A stretch of DNA of 32,000 nucleotides from Mucisphaera calidilacus. GTDB taxonomy: Bacteria > Planctomycetota > Phycisphaerae > Phycisphaerales > Phycisphaeraceae. Below, in pieces: positions 9,686 to 16,215 of this stretch. The stretch covers positions 3,360,001 to 3,392,000 of the forward strand of contig NZ_CP036280.1 in NCBI RefSeq assembly GCF_007748075.1, given 5' to 3'. The first letter of the stretch is position 1. Every line of letters starts with the position of its first letter. Both the position numbers and the translations under genes were made by a program. Under the pieces are notes generated by a model. That model searched no databases. It had not been told where the DNA came from and saw only the letters and a program-made list of their open reading frames with translations.

Positions 9686-11202
9686 TCGGCCTTGAGGTGG
9701 GCGAGGTCGACCATGAGTTCGCGGAAGGCGTTGCGTATCGCTCCACCGCCGGCGCTGGGGAACTCATTGGCGATCATGCAGAAGGCGAGTTGGCGGCCGG
9801 ACTGATCGACCACGTAGCCCGCGTAGGAGCGTGCGTGGCTGATGAAGCCGCTCTTGGCGCGGAGGTTGTCGGCGGCGGGGGTGTTGACGCCGACACGGCT
9901 GAGGCCGCCGGGATCGTCATCGACACCGGCCAGCGGGAAGGAGTTGAGGTAGACGTCGTAGGTGGGGTGGAGGGCCATTTTTTCGAGCACGTCAACGACC
10001 TGGCGCGGGCTGACCGCGTTGCGTCGGGAGAGGCCGCTGCCGTCGGCGAGGATCATGCCGGTGGTGTCGACGCCGAGGTCACCAAGGATATCGAGGACGG
10101 CGCGGGTGCCCTGCTCGGTGGTCCCGGGGCGGTCGGTCTCGACGGCCAGGGTTTTGGCGAAGGCTTCGGCGTAGAGGTTGACGCTGTGCTTGTTGAGCCA
10201 GTAGGTGATGTCGCCGAGCTTGGGCGATTGATGGGTCCAGACGGTGGTTCGTTCGCCCTCGGGCTTGCGGGGCGTCTGGAAGGTGGCGGTGGCTTTGCCG
10301 GTGACCTCGACGCCCGCGCTCTTGAGCGCGTCGGCCAGCGTCCGGGCGGTGAAGAGCGGCGGGTCCATGATGCCGCCCTTGATGGTGTACTTGCCCGCGT
10401 CGGCGGGGAGGGTGCCGCGGATGACGGCGACGTCGGTGTAAGGCGCCGCGTAGATGTAGGCCTGATCGCCTGAGCGTGGCGGGCCTGCCGTGACCCGGTT
10501 GTGGAAGCGGATGCCGGCCTGCTTGGGGCGGATGTCGGCGATGCGGGTGAGGTCGCCTTGCCGCTCGGGGATCTGGAAGTCGACGTGGTAGAGGTTCTCG
10601 TGGAGGTTGACGCCCGCGGCGCCGGCCCCGTAGTAGTTGCCGATGTCATCCCAGGCCCAGTCGTTGGGGATGATCTGATCGCCGAAGATGGACGCGTCGA
10701 TGTAGAGGTCGCCCTCGATCCTTCGGATGCCGGCATCGGTCACGGCCTTGGCGGCGGCTTGTGCCCACGCCGTCATCGGGGGGAACCCCTCGGAGGCGAA
10801 GCGCCAGGAACCCATGGTCGGGTCGCCCGAGCCTTCGAGCACAAGCGCCCCCTTGAGGACGCCTTCTTCGAGCTTGCCCGCGGTCTGGAGGGTTGTGGTG
10901 TAGCGGTAGTCGGGTCCGAGTTTGGCCAGGGCGGCCGCGGTCGTGACGACCTTGAGGACGGAGGCGGGCGCATAGATGCGGTGGGCGTTGCGGGCCACGA
11001 GGACCTCGCGTGTGCCGATATCGACGACACAGATCGCGACGGTCCCACGCCCCATCTGGGGCATGTTCTCGATCGTGGCGACACGCTCCTTGACGTGGTC
11101 GAGCGTGACTGTTTTGTCCTGCCCCGCCGCCGAGTCAGACAGCCCGGCGGCCATGGCGATGGCAGCCGTCAGCCCGGCGAGGGTAGATCGCAGGGGGTGC
11201 AC
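9682..11202 (-). CDS. dacB: D-alanyl-D-alanine carboxypeptidase/endopeptidase (PBP4, peptidase S13)
   Basis: Signal peptide (LAGLTAAIAMAAGLSDSAAG), SxxK (ASVLKV), SxN-like (DGSGLSRRN) and KTG-like (KSGFISHARSYAGYV) boxes. Length and domain order are typical of PBP4. GTG start at 11202. Confidence 0.88.
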   Translation of the reverse strand: MHPLRSTLAGLTAAIAMAAGLSDSAAGQDKTVTLDHVKERVATIENMPQMGRGTVAICVVDIGTREVLVARNAHRIYAPASVLKVVTTAAALAKLGPDYRYTTTLQTAGKLEEGVLKGALVLEGSGDPTMGSWRFASEGFPPMTAWAQAAAKAVTDAGIRRIEGDLYIDASIFGDQIIPNDWAWDDIGNYYGAGAAGVNLHENLYHVDFQIPERQGDLTRIADIRPKQAGIRFHNRVTAGPPRSGDQAYIYAAPYTDVAVIRGTLPADAGKYTIKGGIMDPPLFTARTLADALKSAGVEVTGKATATFQTPRKPEGERTTVWTHQSPKLGDITYWLNKHSVNLYAEAFAKTLAVETDRPGTTEQGTRAVLDILGDLGVDTTGMILADGSGLSRRNAVSPRQVVDVLEKMALHPTYDVYLNSFPLAGVDDDPGGLSRVGVNTPAADNLRAKSGFISHARSYAGYVVDQSGRQLAFCMIANEFPSAGGGAIRNAFRELMVDLAHLKAE

Positions 11203-11207
11203 CGGTA

Positions 11208-11558
11208 TCAGCCGTTGTTTCCGCCACCCTGCTGGCGTTTACGCGGGTCGATCTCGATGGTGCCGTAGGCCTGCTCGTAGCGTGTCACGGCCTGGCCGAG
11301 GGCCATGGCGAGTCGCTTGGCGGACCAGGGGCTCATGATGACGCGGGCGTCGATCTTCATGGTGGCCTGTCCCTGCCCGGAGGGCTGGATGCCACGGGAG
11401 ATGTCGACGACGATCTCTTCGGCCGTGCCCGAGACGCGGGCGGTCGAGGCGTAGTAGAACGGCGTGTCACTCTCGTCGATGCGGAGTTGCATCTGCTGCT
11501 GGCCCTGCTCGGGCGCTGCGACGGTCTCGTTCTGTTCGGGGGTCTCAGCCACGGGCAA
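11208..11558 (-). CDS. DUF3467 domain-containing protein
   Basis: ...FYYASTARVSGTAEEIVVDI...KIDARVIMSPWSAKRLAMALGQAVTRYEQAYGTIEI matches my recollection of the DUF3467 consensus. The track start (TTG 11558) is probably too early. GTG at 11552 has AGGA 7 nt upstream. Confidence 0.65.
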   Translation of the reverse strand: MPVAETPEQNETVAAPEQGQQQMQLRIDESDTPFYYASTARVSGTAEEIVVDISRGIQPSGQGQATMKIDARVIMSPWSAKRLAMALGQAVTRYEQAYGTIEIDPRKRQQGGGNNG

Positions 11559-11616
11559 TTCCTTTACACAAGAGGTTGCTGTCTGATCACGATGCGATCG
11601 GCCGCTCGGGGTCCGA

Positions 11617-13812
11617 TCAGATCCACCAATCGAGCGTCAGGGCCTGGCGGACGCGTCGCCACTGCTGAGGCCCGAAGCGCGTCCGGCCGACTTCGACCCG
11701 CGCCCGCCCGGTCATGCCATCGACCCACCAACGCGATGTTTCGTCAGCGGCGTCCAGCTCGATCCAGGCCAGCACCGACGGCCGACTGGGTTCGCCTTTA
11801 TACGGGTCACTCGGATTGGTGTCTACCTCTCCGCCGTGGGCCGTGTTGAGCGCGCGGTGCGGCACGGTGGCCATCACGCCGCGTTCGACGGCGGCCACGC
11901 GACCGGTGATCTCTTCCCAGGGCATGGACCAGAGGCGCATGCGGGCCGTGTGCCCGGGCTGGACGAGGGCTGCGTCGTCCTGGGGCACGACGAGCGCGAC
12001 GCGGGGCGCCTCGGAGCTGACGAGCATGCCCAGCGCCTGGCCGCGTGACACGCGCACGCCGAGCATGCCCTGCAGGCGTGTCCCGGCCATGACCCGGCCG
12101 GCCATGGTCGCCCGGATGATGAGCTTCTCGATCTGGGACTCGCCCAGCGCGATCTGCTCGCGGATCTGGTCTTTCTTGATCTCGGCTGCGGTGGCGTCGG
12201 TCAGCTCGCCGCGTTGTCGGAAGAGGGCAGCCTCGACCTCGAGGATGGAGAGTTCCACGCGGAGTTCCGCGACGCGGTCTTCCAGCCGTCGGTTGGAGAG
12301 GCGGACGATCGGTTCGCCGGCCTCGGCGAAGGAGCCGGTCTCGACGTAGACCTCGGCGAGTTCGCCATCGACGCGCGCGTAGATCGGCTGGTGGCGCTCG
12401 GCGAGCACCACGCCGGGGTGAAGGACGGTCTCGGTGACGGGGAAGAACCAGACCGTGCCGGCGATCAGCAGCGCCAGGCCGGCGACGACGGCGGACCAGG
12501 CGAGACGCACGCCGGACTGCGTCTGGATCGACCAGACGTGTTTCAGGCCCTTGTAGAGGGGCATGAGGATCATGGTCGTGAGCGCGAACATGCCCAGCAG
12601 GGCGCCCACGGCCTGCAGCCCGACGCCGTCGAGCAGGTGCCAGGCGATCAGCGTGATGCTGATGAGGACCATGGTGCGGTACGCACCGGCGGCGAGCGCG
12701 TAGCCCATGAAGAACCGTGGCATGCGCTCGGCCTCGTCCGGCTCCGGCTCGGTCGGCTCGACGCGGAGTGCCCAGAGGTCGAAGCGCTGCCCGAGGTACT
12801 TGATCGCCTTGGTCTGGAGGTTGGGCACCTCGACCCAGTCCATGAGGAAGTAGTAACCGTCGTAGCGGAGCAGCGGGTTGGCGTTAAAGAGAATCGAGGT
12901 CACGCTGGCCGAGAGCATGGTGTTGAAGGCGAGCTGGTTGACCCAGCCCGGCTCGGTGGCGATCCAGACCCAGACGGCAACCGAGGCGAAGAGCATCTCG
13001 ATGAAGACGCCGCCCGCGGTGATCCACAGGCGATCGCGTTTGTCGGGGAGCGTCCAGGCGTCGGAGGTGTCGACGTAGAACAGCGGGAGGAAGACCATGA
13101 GCATGACGCCGGTCTCGTGCACCTCGAGGCCGTGATGGTGCGCCGCGATGCCGTGGCCGATCTCGTGGATCACCTTGATCGTCAGGAAGACGGCGGTGAA
13201 GAGCAGGGCGTTGGTCCAGCTGAGCACGGGGAAGGCGAGCTGGCTGACGCCCTGGAGGTTCGCCAGCGCCACGGCGGCCGAGAGCGTCATCCACAGTACG
13301 GCGAAAATCATCATCGGCCGGGTCATGAACAAGCCGACGTAACGGTAGAGCCAGACGAGGAACGCCTCGGGGTCGAACAGCGGGATCTTGATGAACAGGA
13401 AGCTGCGTAGCTTGGCGGCGCGCATCTTCTTGCGGCGGGTGTCACGGATGCCGCGGATGCGTTTGGCCGAGTCCTTGTCGGTCGGGAGCAGCAGGCCCGC
13501 GCCGAGCAGCTGCATCGCGAAGGCCTGGATCTCTTCGGCGGACAGCTCGGTCTCGGGGAACCGCTCTGCCGCGAGCCGCTCGATCTCCGAGGCGGTCTTG
13601 TGGCCGTCGAGTTGTCGGTAGACGTAGTACTCGGCGGGCCTGAGCCGGAAGTAGGTGAGGCCCACGGGGTCCTTCACGACGTAGACGCTCTGGCCGTGAT
13701 AAAGCTGTGGCGAGATCAGCAGGTCGGCCCGTGCCGGCGGCAGGGGGTTCTCGCGCTGGCCGCCGCCGCCCCCGCCCGCTGCTCGTGCCCGTGGCTTGTA
13801 GGGATTCACCAT
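11617..13812 (-). CDS. fusion protein: PqqD-like (RRE-type) N-domain + M50 (site-2 protease-like) zinc metalloprotease membrane core + HlyD-like periplasmic adaptor C-domain
   Basis: aa ~31-110 (FRLRPAEYYVYRQLDGHKTASEIERLAAERFPE...FAMQLLGAGLL) parallels PqqD (..LVDG......I...L.ERFPE..). HEIGH lies at 13153-13167 and the second M50 motif NPLLRYDG at 12856-12879, among multiple TM helices. The C-terminal ~270 aa have a lipoyl-like hairpin (IYARVDGELAEVYVETGSFAEAGEPIVRL), a coiled coil, and IRATMAGRV plus a barrel. Confidence 0.8.
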   Translation of the reverse strand: MVNPYKPRARAAGGGGGGQRENPLPPARADLLISPQLYHGQSVYVVKDPVGLTYFRLRPAEYYVYRQLDGHKTASEIERLAAERFPETELSAEEIQAFAMQLLGAGLLLPTDKDSAKRIRGIRDTRRKKMRAAKLRSFLFIKIPLFDPEAFLVWLYRYVGLFMTRPMMIFAVLWMTLSAAVALANLQGVSQLAFPVLSWTNALLFTAVFLTIKVIHEIGHGIAAHHHGLEVHETGVMLMVFLPLFYVDTSDAWTLPDKRDRLWITAGGVFIEMLFASVAVWVWIATEPGWVNQLAFNTMLSASVTSILFNANPLLRYDGYYFLMDWVEVPNLQTKAIKYLGQRFDLWALRVEPTEPEPDEAERMPRFFMGYALAAGAYRTMVLISITLIAWHLLDGVGLQAVGALLGMFALTTMILMPLYKGLKHVWSIQTQSGVRLAWSAVVAGLALLIAGTVWFFPVTETVLHPGVVLAERHQPIYARVDGELAEVYVETGSFAEAGEPIVRLSNRRLEDRVAELRVELSILEVEAALFRQRGELTDATAAEIKKDQIREQIALGESQIEKLIIRATMAGRVMAGTRLQGMLGVRVSRGQALGMLVSSEAPRVALVVPQDDAALVQPGHTARMRLWSMPWEEITGRVAAVERGVMATVPHRALNTAHGGEVDTNPSDPYKGEPSRPSVLAWIELDAADETSRWWVDGMTGRARVEVGRTRFGPQQWRRVRQALTLDWWI

Positions 13813-13822
13813 GAGCGTCGGC

Positions 13823-15751
13823 CTAGAAGAGCGTCATCCGGACGTAGTGCCAGGCGTGGCGGAACAGACGCCAGCCAAGCGGGGCGTAGCCAAGGTCGAG
13901 TCGTGCCCGGCCGGTCGGTTCCGAGAGCGCCAGGTGCGGCTCGAGGCCGTCGAGACTGATGCCGGTGCGGAGCTCGTAACGCATCTGGCCGGTCGCGGGG
14001 TCGGGCACGCTGGAGGGCGAGAGGGTCAGCAGGCTCTCGTAGGTCACCCGCTGCTCGAGATCGGGCCAAGGCCGGCTCAGGAACGTCGCCCGGACGGGCT
14101 GTCCGGCCGTGAGCCGTGTCTGCACGAGGCCGACGTCCTGCTCGGGCACCTCGACCACCAGCTCGAAGCCGGAGAGGTCGCCGATGCTCAGCAGTTCCTT
14201 GGCCTGATCGACGGTGGTGCCCTCTAGTTCTTCGGGCCGCGTGCTGAGCACGACGCCTGAGATCGGGCTGCGGATCGCGGAGCGCTCGATGCGTCGCGAG
14301 AGCGAGGCCTCCTGGATGCGGAGCTGCTCGATGCGGAGGTCGGCGAGCATCATCTCGCCGGGGCGTTGCTGGGTGCGTGCGTCGCGGCGGGCCAGCTCCT
14401 GCTCGCGGATCGCGGAGCGCGTCAGCGCGCGTTCGGCGCGGACATCGGTGGTGTCGAGTTCGAGGATGACCTCGCCCTGCTCGACGGCCTGCCCGGCCTG
14501 AACGAGCACGCGTTCGACGGTGCCCGGGTAGGGCGTGGTGAGGGTGTGCAGCACGCGGGGCTCGAGCCGAGCGTCGACGCGCACCGCCATCGGGAAGGGC
14601 AGGATCATCGCCAGGAGCAGAGCGAGCAGCGCCATCATCAGCGCGCCGGACCGCCAGGCCGCCCGCCTCGGGTTGGTCCTGGCCTGCGCGAGGGTCTGGC
14701 CCAGGCGTCGCAGCGGCCGGGCTTCGAGCTCGATGGCACGCGCCAGGAAGGGGCCGACGCTCTCGGCCAGCTCGACCTCGCCGGGCGCGAGTTTACTGGC
14801 TTCGACGGCCTCGGCGTGCTCGACGATCAGGACCGCCGGCGTGCGTTCGTCTTCGGTGATTGGCGTGACGCAGACCGCCTGAGCCCCGCCCAGCTCGAAG
14901 AGCTGATCGACAAAGGGTTGGAGCTCGACGGCGTCGCCCTCGAGCACCTGCCCCTTCTGGAAGGCCATCGGCTGGCCGGAGGCACGCGTGGCATCGGCGA
15001 GGGTGCGGACGGCTTGGGCGAGGTTGGCCTTGGGGTTGGGATCAAGGGTGTCGGAGAACCACGCCTCGGGCTTCGAGCCCCAGAAACCGACGACGGCGGC
15101 CCGCTGGGCGTGGAAGAGCTGCCGCGCACCCTGAGCGAGTTCGTGGGCCAGGTCGCTCGGCTTCTCGATCCGGCCGAGGTTCTGCAGGAGCGTGAGCAGG
15201 GCGCGGTAGTGCGACGCGGAGCGTTCCACCAGTTCCGACTGGCGGTGGCCCATATGCCGCCCCATGGCCTCGGCGGCCTGCTGGCAGAAGGCGACGTACT
15301 CGCGGTAGAGCTTGGGGTCGAGCTCGCCGCTGCAGATCACCTGCAGGATGCCAAGCCGCTTGCGCCCGCTGCTGATCGCGAGGTAGAACTGCACGCCTCG
15401 GGTCAGGCCGTCGGGACCGTCCTGCATCTCGCCGGGCGGGACGACGACCGCCTGAGCCGGATCGTTCCAGGTCTTGCGCAGGGCGTTGGCCACGACGCCG
15501 ATCGGCGCGTGCTGCTCGTCGAGGACGCCTCGGGCCAGATCCCCCTCCATGGCGATGCCGCGGTAGGCCCTGCCGAGCGTGTCGGCGGCCAGCCAGACGA
15601 GTCCCGACTCGGCACGCATGGTCTCGACGACGACGTGGAGCACCTCCCGGGCCACCTCGGTGGGAGCGCGATCGGTGGCACGCGACAGTCGCTCGAACTG
15701 TTCGAGCGCCTGCTGGACGGCCTGCCGGGCTTGTGCGGTGAGATCCTGCAT
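13823..15751 (-). CDS. GAF-GAF sensor domains + single TM + HlyD-family periplasmic adaptor
   Basis: There are two GAF-like regions (...ESGLVWLAAD...FYLAISSGRKRLGILQVICSGELD...; ...AAVVGFWG...AVCVTPITEDERTPAVLIVEH...). These are followed by a TM helix (GALMMALLALLLAMILPFPM) and adaptor motifs (YPGTVERVLVQAGQAVEQGEVILELD, coiled coil, IRSPISGVVLS, barrel). Its stop lies 10 nt upstream of the next gene's start. Confidence 0.75.
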   Translation of the reverse strand: MQDLTAQARQAVQQALEQFERLSRATDRAPTEVAREVLHVVVETMRAESGLVWLAADTLGRAYRGIAMEGDLARGVLDEQHAPIGVVANALRKTWNDPAQAVVVPPGEMQDGPDGLTRGVQFYLAISSGRKRLGILQVICSGELDPKLYREYVAFCQQAAEAMGRHMGHRQSELVERSASHYRALLTLLQNLGRIEKPSDLAHELAQGARQLFHAQRAAVVGFWGSKPEAWFSDTLDPNPKANLAQAVRTLADATRASGQPMAFQKGQVLEGDAVELQPFVDQLFELGGAQAVCVTPITEDERTPAVLIVEHAEAVEASKLAPGEVELAESVGPFLARAIELEARPLRRLGQTLAQARTNPRRAAWRSGALMMALLALLLAMILPFPMAVRVDARLEPRVLHTLTTPYPGTVERVLVQAGQAVEQGEVILELDTTDVRAERALTRSAIREQELARRDARTQQRPGEMMLADLRIEQLRIQEASLSRRIERSAIRSPISGVVLSTRPEELEGTTVDQAKELLSIGDLSGFELVVEVPEQDVGLVQTRLTAGQPVRATFLSRPWPDLEQRVTYESLLTLSPSSVPDPATGQMRYELRTGISLDGLEPHLALSEPTGRARLDLGYAPLGWRLFRHAWHYVRMTLF

Positions 15752-15776
15752 TGCAGCGTTCGGTGTCGGCCGGACT

Positions 15777-15797
15777 TGAGTGATCTATGTTCACTCA
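15777..15797. promoter_or_regulatory. 7+7 bp palindrome TGAGTGA-n7-TCACTCA (operator or 5'-UTR hairpin candidate)
   Basis: Perfect inverted repeat read directly, 15777-15783 and 15791-15797, located 26-46 nt upstream of the ATG of the GAF-HlyD gene. Chance occurrence in a region this size is not negligible. Confidence 0.25.
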
Positions 15798-15813
15798 GGC
15801 GATCCGACAGAAT

Positions 15814-15842
15814 AGTTGAACCGACCTCAACCCCGCTGTCAA
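15814..15842 (-). promoter_or_regulatory. candidate sigma70-like promoter for the minus-strand operon
   Basis: On the minus strand: TTGACA (plus coordinates 15837-15842), a 17-nt spacer, then TCAACT (15814-15819). The -10 element is weak and planctomycete promoter rules are poorly known. Confidence 0.2.
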
Positions 15843-15970
15843 TCTCGTTTTTTTCTCCCGGCGGGGGTGAACGCGCATCAACGGCTTTATCCTTACAGTG
15901 ACCTGACAGAATGTGTGGTCGGAACTGTCCAGATCGCTTCCCCAACGCGCGCTCACAAGGCCCCTCAATC

Positions 15971-15999
15971 TTGACACCCACACTGAAGCGCGTTTAGCT
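15971..15999 (+). promoter_or_regulatory. candidate sigma70-like promoter for the giant gene
   Basis: TTGACA at 15971-15976, a 17-nt spacer, then TTAGCT at 15994-15999 (poor -10). This would give a ~210-nt leader. Confidence 0.18.
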
Positions 16000-16215
16000 T
16001 TCACTGTTGACCCGATCGTGTCCGTTATGGTCGTTTGAGTGATAGGGGCGTGATTTGCGTAGTGCCGCCCTCCCGCATGGGATCAACCGCCCGAGCCATC
16101 CTTCTCCTTACTCATCCTCCCTCAACGCGCCCACGATGCATAGGTCTCCGGAGACGGATGGAACGTTACACAGCCTCACAAACCGTGGCCTGACAGCAGA
16201 CTGAAAGGTGTGTCC

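Noticed and set aside
11575-11616. Imperfect inverted repeat CTGATC...GATCGGCC/GGTCCGATC...GATCAG in the 58-nt gap after the M50-HlyD gene
   Set aside because: The stem is bulged with no U-tract. It could attenuate read-through to DUF3467, but the evidence is insufficient and it is as likely chance in GC-rich DNA.
15843-15870. T7 run followed by a GC-rich CCCGGCGGGGG segment resembling an intrinsic terminator
   Set aside because: On the plus strand the T-run precedes the stem, and on the minus strand the stem is followed by an A-run. The stem is only 3-4 bp. The geometry does not fit a terminator on either strand.
15795-16004. 69-aa minus-strand ORF in the divergent intergenic region, considered as a possible precursor peptide for the PqqD-like/M50 system
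   Set aside because: It has no convincing start or RBS, a basic low-complexity sequence, and overlaps the promoter candidates. I cannot support it from sequence alone, although small-ORF searches are suggested in the findings.
16035-16043. TTGAGTGAT 9-mer repeated at 15776-15784 and 16035-16043, and GACAGAAT repeated twice, considered as shared operator sites
   Set aside because: By rough expectation, about 0.4 chance 9-mer pairs and more than one 8-mer pair occur in a 464-nt region, so this is not statistically meaningful. It is kept only as a note inside the control-region finding.
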